From the NCBI RefSeq assembly GCF_044704955.1, contig NC_091999.1, forward strand, positions 11,222,001 to 11,286,000: 64,000 nt of DNA, in the 5' to 3' direction. Of the stretch, positions 51,365-62,359 are shown piece after piece (position 1 is the stretch's first letter; each line of letters opens with the position of its first letter). The translations under genes were made by a program, and so were the position numbers. The notes beneath the pieces were generated by a model that saw nothing but the letters and a program-made list of their open reading frames with translations, had not been told where the DNA came from and did no database searches. The stretch comes from Pristiophorus japonicus (taxonomy: Eukaryota).

Positions 51365-52209
51365 GTAGATAGAGAGATAGATAGATCGATAGATGATAGA
51401 TAGATAGATAGATAGATCGATGGATAGATAGATAGATAGATAGATAGGTAGATAGATAGATAGATACATGGAAAGGTAGACAGATAGAGCGATAGATAGA
51501 TAGAGCGATAGCTAGATAGCTTGATAGATAGATAGATAGATAGATAGAGAGAAAGATAGATCGATAGATAGATGGATAGATAGAAAGATCGATAGANNNN
51601 NNNNNNNNNNNNNNNNNNNNNNNNNNNNNNNNNNNNNNNNNNNNNNNNNNNNNNNNNNNNNNNNNNNNNNNNNNNNNNNNNNNNNNNNNNNNNNNNNNNN
51701 NNNNNNNNNNNNNNNNNNNNNNNNNNNNNNNNNNNNNNAACGAGAAATAGATAGACAGAAAGATAGATAGATAGATCGATAGATAGAGCGATAGATAGAT
51801 AGATAGAACGATAGATAGAAAGANNNNNNNNNNNNNNNNNNNNNNNNNNNNNNNNNNNNNNNNNNNNNNNNNNNNNNNNNNNNNNNNNNNNNNNNNNNNN
51901 NNNNNNNNNNNNNNNNNNNNNNNNNNNNNNNNNNNNNNNNNNNNNNNNNNNNNNNNNNNNNNNNNNNNNNNNNNNNNNNNNNNNNNNNNNNNNNNNNNNN
52001 NNNNNNNNNNNNNNNNNNNNNNNNNNNNNNNNNNNNNNNNNNNNNNAACGATAGATAGANNNNNNNNNNNNNNNNNNNNNNNNNNNNNNNNNNNNNNNNN
52101 NNNNNNNNNNNNNNNNNNNNNNNNNNNNNNNNNNNNNNNNNNNNNNNNNNNNNNNNNNNNNNNNNNNNNNNNNNNNNNNNNNNNNNNNNNNNNNNNNNNN
52201 NNNNNNNNN
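51365..52209. repeat. (GATA)n microsatellite with assembly gaps
   Basis: tagatagata arrays interrupted by N runs. Confidence 0.95.
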
Positions 52210-52294
52210 AGCCACCGATTTTATTACATTCTCCTTGGATGTATCTTCAGTGTCATTTTTGGGGTTGGGGGCGGGTGGTGGGAGGGAGTGGCTA

Positions 52295-52712
52295 ATGTGT
52301 ATCTAGCCCGTGATGTAGCTGCCCTGGCACTGTTTGATGGGACAGTATAGCGGCAGGTTTCCTCTCTATCTAACACGGCTGTAACTGCCCTGCGAGAGTT
52401 TGAAGGGACAGTGTTACGGGAGATTTCTCTGAATCAAATGCTTGCTGTACCTGCCCTGCGACTTTTTGATGAGGGAGTGTGGAGGGAATGTTAATCTGCC
52501 TCTAACTCGTGCTTTACCTGTCCCGGGAGTGTTTGCTAGGACAGTGCACAGAGAGCTCCACTCTGCATATAGCCTGTGCTTCACCTGCCCTGGGAGTGTT
52601 TGACGGGCCAAGGAAGTGGGAGCTTGACTCTATATCTCACCCGTGCTGTACCTGTCCTGCGAGTTTTTGGTGGGACACTGTAAAGGGAGCGTTATTCTCT
52701 GTCTAACCCATG
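52295..52712. repeat. ~65-bp satellite, inverted copy of 8150-8655
   Basis: Units ctgtacctgccctgggagtgtttgatgggacagtgt. Confidence 0.85.
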
Positions 52713-53559
52713 TTGTTTCTGTATGGGTTTGTTTAATATGAAATATTGATGAGGAATTTATGTTGATAATGTTTTGATTCAACATTCAGTTTAATAATCA
52801 AGAACGAAAAGTTAATCACCATTGATTCATGGAGTTACGCTGCTTGGTGTTTATATTGGATGATTAGGAATGTCGAATGACTTCCATTTTTACGAAATTA
52901 ATATTCCATAGTTATGAATAGTGCTATTATTAACGCGAAGTCCATCTAGTTCAGGCAAATAAATGCGTATTTGTGTTGGTGAGCTGGACAGAGTAAAAAA
53001 CTGAAACATGAAATTTCCGAATTAATGTAAATAGCGAGACAGCAAAACCAATACAATAAAATGGCAGAAGTTATAGTCATAATTCATAACAAAATAATAA
53101 CAGTAATAACCTGGCATAATAATAATACAGACTAATCACACAGCAGTGTTCGTTATAAATTGATAATTAATGTTTCACAGAGCGGATTCACTCTATGTCC
53201 TGTCGCCAAGAATGGTGCTCCAAAACCTCATTTTTCTCCAAAACTTACAGATCTGAGAGATTAACGGGTGACAGCTGGGGATTCCCGGAAACACTTCTGT
53301 GACTTATCACCGCACATAGATTTGTATTTAGGGCAAGAGAGTATACAGAAGCAATAGGTGTTACAGATTGGGCATGAGACTGACAGTGAACCCGCGATAT
53401 TTCTCTATCTCATGGTCCAATGTCACTGCGAGGCCCGATTGGGGAGGGTAACAATTCTTCAACGCAAAATGATGCATCAGTGTATCATAAACAGACAGTT
53501 GTGTCGATCTTACACTCGGCCCTGCATCAGATGTTTTTGCAGAAGCACATGTATCTATT

Positions 53560-53965
53560 TATATTACACAAAGCCCTGTCTCAGTTTTTACTCTGCAAAC
53601 TATGTCCCTCTTCATACTAGATTGGATCCTGTCGCTGTTTCTCTTACGCCAGACCCTGTATCTGTTTATATCACACCAGACCAAGTCTCTTTTTATATTA
53701 CACGAGGCCCTCTCTCTGTTTATATTAAATTAGGTCCTATCTCAGTTATTATTGCATTCGACCGTGTCTCTCTTTATATTACGCCATGCCCTGTCATTCT
53801 TTATATTATACGAGACCACGTATCTTTTTATGTTGCAGTAGGCCCTGTTCAGTTATTGCTGCACCAGATCCTATCTCTATTTATTTTACACTAGATGCAG
53901 TCTCAGTTATTTATGCACTAGACCATGTCACTGTTTGTATTACACTAGACGCTGTCTCTGTTGTT
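53560..53965. repeat. 27-bp minisatellite (~14 degenerate units)
   Basis: Consensus approximately tattacaccagaccctgtctctgttta. Confidence 0.85.
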
Positions 53966-55419
53966 CAACCATTGTCCTTCAGACCTTCGCTCCCTGTTTC
54001 CCTGAAGTTTGACTGCACGTCCTTTACTTGCTCATCGGATTCCTTCAGCGCCTCCTGGCGAGGGGAACATCTCCAGGTGTTTCTAATCAGACCCGAGTAC
54101 TGTCCGGTTTTTTTTGCTGGTGTGGCGCTCTTTTGCCTCGAAACACCTGGAGTTCACGCATGATGTCTCCTGTGGTTTAATAGGACAGTTGGTTAAGGGA
54201 AGAAAGAATTAACTACTCTTACGAAGGGGGTGGATGGACTTGTTTGGGAATAGGTGCAGATGATGATTAAATTATTTCCGTGCCCCAATCCCTCTTCCCC
54301 GACACCCCCTAACCGGAACCGCCCTCCACTCTAATCTCATCTTATGTCGCTGTCATCTTCCCGCTGTCACCGGACTCGTTAAGTTTTAGGGAGTGATTAA
54401 GTCCATCAAGTCTGTAATTCCATTATCGCTCCTCCCACCCTTTAAAATACTCTTTAGAGACTCATATCCAATTTACTTATTGACATAACTCGTGCAGTTA
54501 TTGCACCGTATCAGCTGCTTCTGTGTAAAAAATTGATTTTCTCATCACAAAAATGTATCTTTTGCCGGATTCACATGGTTAATATCCGGGCCATGGAGTG
54601 CTGTGCCTCTCACAATTCAAATCGGCAGAGGAAAACCGCTGCACTCTGGAAGAAATGTTCACACATGCGCACCTCACCAACCGTTCTAGCAACAACTGTA
54701 TATTTCTCTCTTTTATCGATTAAAATACCGAAGTAATTTTCGAGTAAATTGAGGTGTTTCAATCGAGGCATTTTTAGTAAATAAACGGAAGCCATTCACA
54801 ACGTGTTACATCACACAAACATGGCGGACTGTACGTCACAAAATGTTGCCCGCGGTGTGCCCGGCAGTGAATGACGACACAATTCTTTTCCACGTTACAG
54901 CGCCATGATTTGCTGTTTCTCCCATTGATTCAGTGTCAGGGGTCACGGGCCGTTTGCTGCAGAGCACACGAGTCCCATTTAGTGCGGTCTGTGACCCCTG
55001 ACTCAGGGCTGCAAGCACGGGATATCAGCTCTTGAAAGGGCCTAGAACAGCCCGAGTTTTTTCTGTTTGTTTTGTTACTTGTGGGACTTTGAATAAGAAT
55101 AAGAATGGGAATAAATTTAATATTAACTCTTTAAGTATTCCTTCATTCAGTAGCTTGTTTAACAGCAAATAATCATAGTGGCTAATAATCGCCATTGTGA
55201 AGTAGGATCAGTTATCCTCCAGTCGAACATGTTATTGTATAATGTAATTTTGAAAATGGAGACGACATTGATTTTATTTATTTATGTATCCCAACACAAT
55301 AAAGCAGTAGGAATATAGCAGTAAGTAATTCATCCGCTCAAGCCTTTCCATCATTCTAAAAATCTACTGCCGATCTCTGGCAGCAAACAGAAATAAATGT
55401 CATTGCCTCTTACAGCAAA

Positions 55420-58400
55420 CTAATGGGACTAAATGTGGATTGGTCCCCTTTTCCCCGATAGCCTGCATCCTACGGTCTAAAGGGGGTGGCTGCAGAGATT
55501 GGGAATGCAATGTTTGTAATCTACCAAAAATCCCTGAATTCTGGCGAGGCCCCAGTGGACTTGAAAACCGCAAATGTAATGCCCCTATTTAAGAAAGGAG
55601 AGAGACAGAAAGCAGGATACTGTATCCCAGTTAGCCTAACATCTGTCATTGCGAAAATGTTATCGTCCATCATTGAGGACCAAGTAGCAGGTCCTTTAGA
55701 AAATCAGAATGCAGACAAGCAGGGGCAGCATGGTTTCATGAAAGGGAAATCATGTTTGACACATTTCCTCCAGTTCTTTGAGGAAGTCATGAGCAGGGTG
55801 GATATAGTGGAACCAGTAGATGTTGTGTATTTGGATTTCCAGAAAGCATTCAATAAGATGCCACATAAAGATTATTGCATAAGATAAGAGCTCACGTGTT
55901 TGGGGGTAATATATTAGCGTTCATAGTAGATTGGATGACTAACAGAAAGCAGAGATTCGAGATAAATGGGTCATTTTCAGGGTGGCAAACAGTAACAAGT
56001 CGGGTGACAAAGTGATCGGTGCTGGGGCATCATCTATTTACAATTTGTAGTAATTACTTGGATGAAGGTTCCGAGTCATATAACCAAATTTAATAATTAT
56101 ATAAAAATAAGTTTAAAAGCAAGCTGTGTGTAGGAAGCAAATAAACTACAAAAGAATATAGATAGGCTAATTAAGTAGGCAACAATTTGACCAATTGAGT
56201 ATATTTTGCAAAAATGTGAAGTTACCGAATTGTTAGAAAAAATAAAAAGCTAATGATTACTATAAATTTGGAGAGATTACAAAATGCAATGGTACAGAGG
56301 TATCTGGGGGTCCTAGTACAGGAAACTCAAAAACGTTAGCATGCAGATACAGCAAGTAATTACGAAGGCAAGGGGAATGACAGCCTTTATTGTAAGGGGG
56401 ATAGAATATAAAAGCGGAGAAGTATAAGGTGGATAAATGTGAGGTTATCCACTTTGGTGGTTAAAAACAGAGAGACAGACTATTATTTGAGTGGTGACAG
56501 ATTAGGAAAAGGGGAGGTGCAACAAGACCTGGGTGTCATGGTACATCAGTCATTGAAGGTTGGCATGCAGGTACAGCAGGCGGTTAAGAAAGCAAATGGC
56601 ATGTTGGCCTTCATAGCGAGGGGATTTGAGTACAGAGGCAGGGAGGTGTTGCTACAGTTGCACAGTGCCTTGGTGAGGCCACACCTGGAGTATTGTGTTC
56701 AGTTTTGGTCTCCTAACATGAGGAAGGACATTCTTGCTATTGAGGGAGTGCAGCGAAGATTCACCAGGCTGATTCCCGGGATGGTGGGACTGACCTATCA
56801 AGAAAGACTGGATCAACTGGGCTTGTATTCACTGGAGTTCAGAAGAATGAGAGGGGACCTCATAGAAACGTTTAACATTCTGACGGGTTTAGACAGGTTA
56901 GATGCAGGAAGAATGTTCCCAATGTTGGGGAAGTCCAGAACCACGGCTCACAGTCTAAGGATAAGGGGTAAGCCATTTAGCACCGAGATGAGGAGAAACT
57001 TCTTCACCCAGAGAGTGGTGAACCTGTGGAATTTTCTACCACAGAAAGTAGTTGAGGCCAATTCACTGAATATATTCAAAAGGGAGTTAGATGAAGTCCT
57101 TACTACTCGGGGGATCAAAGGGTATGGCGAGAAAGCAGGAAGGGGGTATGAAGTTGCATGTTCAGCCATGAACTCATTGAATGGCGGTGCAGGCTAGAAG
57201 GGCTGAATGGCCTACTCCTGCACCTATTTTCTATGTTTCTATGTTTCCACGTCCTGCTACAAAAGTACAGAGTATTGGTGAGACCAGACCTGGAGCATTG
57301 TGTACAATTTGGTCACCTTATTTCAGGAAAGATACACTTGCATTCGAGGCAGTTCAGAGATGTTTGACGAGATTGATTCCTGAGATGAAGCGGTTGTCTT
57401 ATGAAGGAAGGCTGAGCAGGTTGGACATGTACTTTTTGGAGTTCCTAATTCAGAAATGGTCCACTGAAACGTATACGATTCTGAGGGGGCTCATCACGGT
57501 ACATGAAGATTGGATATTTCCCCTAGTGCCGGTATCTAGAACACGGGGGCATAGTTTCAGAATAAGAGGTCGCCCATTTAAACATAGAAACATAGAAACA
57601 TAGACAATAGGTGCAGGATTAGGCCATTCGGCCCTTCGAGCCTGCACCACCATTCAATATGATCATGGCTGGTCATGCAACTTTACTACACCATTCCTGC
57701 TTTCTCTCCATACCATTGATCCTTTTAGCCTTAAGGGCCACATCTAACTCCCTTTTGAATATATCCAACGTACTGGCCTCAACAACTTTCTGTGGTAGAG
57801 AATCCCACAGGTTCACAATTCTCTGAGTGGAGAAGTTTCTCCTCATGTCGGTCCTATTTGGCTTACCCCTTATCCTTCGACTGTGACCCCTGGTTCTGGA
57901 CTTCTCCAACATCGAAACATTGTTCTTGCATCTAACCTGTCCAATCCCGTCAGAATTTTAAATGTTTCTACGAGATCCCCTCCCAATCTTCTCAATTCCA
58001 GTGCATATAAGCCTCGTCGATGCAGTATTTCTTCATATGTCAGTTCTGCCATCCGGGCATCAGTCTGGTGAACCTTCGCTGCACTCCCTCAATAGCAAGA
58101 ATGTCCTTCCTCAGATTCGGATAACACAGCTGTGCACAATAAACAAGGTGTGGCCTCACCAAGGCCTTGTACAACTGCAGTAAGACCTCCCTGCTCCTAC
58201 ACTCAAATCCTCTCGCTATGAAGGCCAACATGCCATTTGCCTTCTTCACCGCCTACAGTACCTGCATGCCAAATTTAAATGGCTGATATACCATGAAACC
58301 CAGGTCTCATTCCACCCCCCTTTTTCCTCATCTGTCACTATTCGGATAATATTCTGCCTTCCAGTTTTTGCCACAAAGTGGATAAACTCACATTTATCTA

Positions 58401-59100
58401 CTTTATAATTCATCTGCCATGCATTTGCCCACTCATCTAACCTGTCCAAGTCATCTTGCAGCCTCTTAGCATCCTCCTCACAACTCACGCTACCACCTAG
58501 TTTTATGTCATCTGCAAACTTGGAGATATTACATTCAATTCCTTCCACTAAATAGTTAATGTATATTGTGAATAGCTGAGTTCCCAGCACTGAAACTTGC
58601 GGTACCCCACTAGTCACTGCCTGCCATTCTGAAAAGGACCCGTTTATTCCTACCCTTTGCTCCTGTCTGCCAACCAGTACTCTATCCAGGTCAATACATT
58701 AGCCCCAATACCATGTTCTTTAATTTTGCACACCAATCTCTTGTATGGGACCTTGTAAAAGCCTTTTGAAAGTACAAATACACTACATCCACCGATTCTC
58801 CCTTGTCCACTCTGCTAGTTAAATCGAAAATAAGGAGTAATTTCTTCTCTCAGAGGGTCGTGAATCTTTGGGTTTCTTTTCCTCAGAGGGTTGAAAAGTC
58901 TCGTTCATTGGATGTATTTAAGGTGGAGATATGCAAATTTTGGAACAATAAGGGAGTCAAGGATTATGGGGATCGGGGTGGGAAGTGGGGTTGAGGCCAG
59001 AATCAGATCAGCCATCATCTTTTTGAATGGCGAATCAGTCTCGAGAAGCCAAATGGCCTACTCCTGCACCTATTTCTTATTTTCTTATCTTCGTATGTTT
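55420..59100. mobile_element. CR1 cluster: old plus copy 55420-57580 with a young CR1 inserted at ~56425-57247; minus copy 57581-58820; 3' fragment 58825-59100
   Basis: ORFs 55486-55887, 56439-57197 and 58246-58617 carry RT motifs. Tails ttctatgtttctatg. Confidence 0.9.
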
Positions 59101-59619
59101 TCCTTTCGTATTAATTCTCGTGAGGTCACTGAGGATCCCAGAATTTATTGGCCATTACCCAGATTCCTATTGTTAAGCTGATGATGCTAGTTTTTCTTGT
59201 ACTGCTTCATTTCTGCTCTTTGCAGCCGTTTGATACAATTGACTGGCTTATTGGGCCACTTCACCGAACAGTCAAGAGACAACCATGTTGTATATGGCAA
59301 CGGAGCCCCATAAGGGACAGAGCAAGATAAGGCAGCAGTTTTCCTTCCCAATTAAGGACGTTAGTGATGTAGTTGGGATTTTACCACAATCCCAGTTGCA
59401 CGATCATTTTTCCCGATAATTGCTTCTTATTTATTTGCAAAACATCTGCATTCAAATTTCTAAACTGCCATAGTAGAAGTTGAACAAGTGCACTCTAAAT
59501 TATTAGCTCACGCCTGGGGATTATTTGTTGAGTAGCAGAACAAGCACACTACTACACACCTTATAACGTCATTTTCTCTGCCACAACCAATCGTTATGAG
59601 AGTGCCAAGAGAAATATAA

Positions 59620-60025
59620 ACAGAGATTTAGTTTAGTGCAGTCATAACACAGAAAGGTACTAATGTAACGTAAAATGAGATATTGAAGGCGAGACAGATG
59701 GAGAGAAATAGATAGAGAAACAGATTGAAATAAACAGAGGAGAAGCGAGTGAGAGATAATGAGAGAGTGCAACAATGCGAGATTGAGGCAGAGCGAGAGA
59801 CAGAGTGAAGAACAGAGAGAGAGAAGCGAGAGAGATACAAAAAAAAGGACGTTGTGAGAGACAGACAGACATACAGAGAGGGAGATAGGCAGAACCATAC
59901 ACGGAGCCAATGAGATACATACAGTGAGAATCAGATGGAGACGAGAGACACAGAGATATTGAAAAAGATAGACAGTGAAATAGAATGACAAAAGGACCAC
60001 AGCGAGAGAATCAGAGAGATGAGCT
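59620..60025. repeat. GA-rich low-complexity repeat
   Basis: Degenerate (GA)/(GACA) runs. Confidence 0.85.
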
Positions 60026-60321
60026 GAAGCAAAGGTTTTACATCGTTAAACTAAAAAAAGGAAGAAGAGATATCAAATAATTATGGATAAAGATTGGAGA
60101 CAAGGGGTGAGATGGGATCGGCATGCATGGAGGGCATTGAAATAAAATGTGCCACAGATGCCTTTGCGCAGTGTATTTCTATTTCAAATGTGCTTTAATA
60201 TAATTCCACCAGTGAACGTCACCGGTTCTTTTTAAGAATTGTGTTTTATTTGACTTTTATGAAATTCTCTGTGAATCTCAGTGTGGAGGCTGAATTATCG
60301 CTTCTGCTTATCAGCGTGAGA

Positions 60322-60335
60322 GCGCCCTCTGGTGA
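60322..60335 (-). promoter_or_regulatory. CTCF-like motif 24 bp downstream of the RSS
   Basis: TCACCAGAGGGCGC. Confidence 0.65.
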
Positions 60336-60359
60336 ACATCGACTGGAATTCCCAGTGTG

Positions 60360-60540
60360 GGTTTTTGCACGGGATCCGCTATATTTCTGCACCAATGTGG
60401 GGCTCATGGCACAGAAATACACGGCGCTGTCTGAGATCAAGGCCTTGCTGATCATTAGCTCGATATTCTTAGTCGTTTTATGAAATATAGAAGACAATCG
60501 GTCAGTGAAGTCGGGGTTTCAATTTACTGCCGCTCCAATA
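60360..60540 (-). pseudogene. 5'-truncated TCR V, paralog of the intact V
   Basis: PDFTDRLSSIFHKTTKNIELMISKALISDSAVYFCAMSP. RSS cacattg(60399-60393)-24-gcaaaaacc. Confidence 0.87.
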
Positions 60541-61339
60541 AGGTAAAATACGTAATGTGAGAGCGAGTTGCAGACGGACAAAATCGCTCAGTTCCTTTAT
60601 TTAATATTTAATCTTAAAATTGTTCAAGAATTATTAATGTCATGCTGTAACTTTTTTAATCATACGCTCACCATAGTATCACTGATCCAACCGCTGCTTG
60701 CATTCTCACATTCTGCTGAAACTTGTCAGTCATTCCCAATTTCATTCATATAACAGGTGGCGTTTGTATAATTTACCGTGTCTTTGTGTTCAAATGCCCT
60801 AGGACCCGCTGATTTTCTGTAATAACCTATGCATCAGCAGTGGGTAGATCTAATGGTCATTGAGCAGCTCGTGTACTGGGAGCCTCTACTGTTACATCTA
60901 CAACATTAACAGTTTCGCTTTACTTCCTCTACTTTAGAGGTTGCACCTGTTGAGAGAATTGATATTCCGTTGCATCTGAAAACAGTGGACGATTTTCTGC
61001 CCCAATCAAGGTGAAATTTATGTTTTTTATCTGATCAGTGACCAATACTCATCAGTTGAAGATAGCAGCAAGCAAATCACACAGAGGGAATGCGGCTGGT
61101 TTGATTGTGTCCAGAAATAGAAGCATGATATGAAAAGTACACAACCTGTGACTCAGGGATGAAAGGATGCAGCTTGTCATATGATCCTCAGGAATTACCT
61201 GACTGGTTGTTAAAAGTTTTGGCAAATTGCTGAGACCTAACGAATCCAATTTTGGAATAGTTTACATCGACTCTGTTCCTCATTCATTTCAAAATATTGA
61301 CAACTGAACATACGTCAATATCCTCGCCAAGATATCAAT

Positions 61340-61767
61340 CATTGTGTGTCCGTCCATGTTTTTTCTGGTATGTGTGCCTGTGTGTGTTTTAGTGTGTGTC
61401 TATCAGTGTTTGTATGTTTGTGTGCATGTGTCTGAGTGTGTGTGTGTACGAATGTGGCTGTGTGTGTGAGTGTGTGTGTCAGTCTGTGTGACTGTATCAG
61501 CGTATGCTTGAATACGTGTGTGACAGAGAGTGTGCGTTTGTGTTTGAGTGTGTGTGAGTGTGTGAATGTGTGTGTATGTGTGCCTGAGTGTTGTNNNNNN
61601 NNNNNNNNNNNNNNNNNNNNNNNNNNNNNNNNNNNNNNNNNNNNNNNNNNNNNNNNNNNNNNNNNNNNNNNNNNNNNNNNNNNNNNNNNNNNNNNNNNNN
61701 NNNNNNNNNNNNNNNNNNNNNNNNNNNTTGTGTGTATATCAGTGGTGTCTGTGTGTCAGTGTCTATG
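61340..61767. repeat. (TG)n-rich microsatellite with a gap
   Basis: Degenerate TG repeats plus an N run. Confidence 0.9.
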
Positions 61768-62309
61768 TGTCGAGGAAATTTCTAAGTTAAAGTAACTCAA
61801 GCGGAGATTTCAGAGTCTTGCTTCAAGAGATTCTTTAATATGTACAGGCGAGATATCTCGGAGAGCTGCTTGGTCCTTACCAAGACAATACTCTGAAATT
61901 CTATAGAAACTTGTTCCATCTTTATACAGAAAAAAAGGAATTTTATCTCTACAATTGACAACTACATTATTCAGGAACATTACCAATTCTAAACAGGGCA
62001 CAAAGGTCAGTTTACACAGCCCAACAGTATCTTGTCACGTCATTATTCAATCTTTTCGAGGGTCAGCAGGATCATCACTAAAAGCCCCTCTTATCAGAGA
62101 AATCAGTTTGTCCAGGCAATGGGGGTATCTTAACATATACAAATACCAGATGTACAGCTTTCATGTTATCTGTTCTTTTCTAACAAAGAAGAGACATCAA
62201 GTATTTTCTGGCCTTGCAGGATTCTGCAGTCTCAGCACAGAATTAAACTTACTAAAAGGAAAAGAGAAATTTAACCCCTTCCTATATCGTGAACTAAAGT
62301 TCTTCCACA
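61768..62309 (-). mobile_element. 3' LTR of an endogenous retrovirus-like element (542 bp)
   Basis: Runs TGTGGAAG...CCTCGACA (TG..CA ends, imperfect terminal inverted repeat). Polypurine tract aaggagggagt (62320-62310) lies directly upstream. Internal tataaa and attaaa signals. Confidence 0.8.
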
Positions 62310-62359
62310 ACTCCCTCCTTGTTGATCTTTTATCTTTAATGATCAACATGCTTTCCTTC

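Larger units (their letters stand above)
50120..58540. repeat. Right arm of the large inverted duplication
   Basis: Reverse complement of ~3541-11195, with arm-specific insertions and deletions. Confidence 0.92.

Noticed and set aside
51295-52215. 306-aa ORF
   Set aside because: Artefact of the GATA repeat and N runs.
53358-54163. 178-aa and 125-aa ORFs with repeated motifs, and a CRISPR-like periodicity
   Set aside because: They derive from a 27-bp minisatellite with no unique spacers, in a eukaryotic context.
59569-60000. Hydrophobic ORFs resembling membrane proteins
   Set aside because: Translations of a GA/TC low-complexity repeat.
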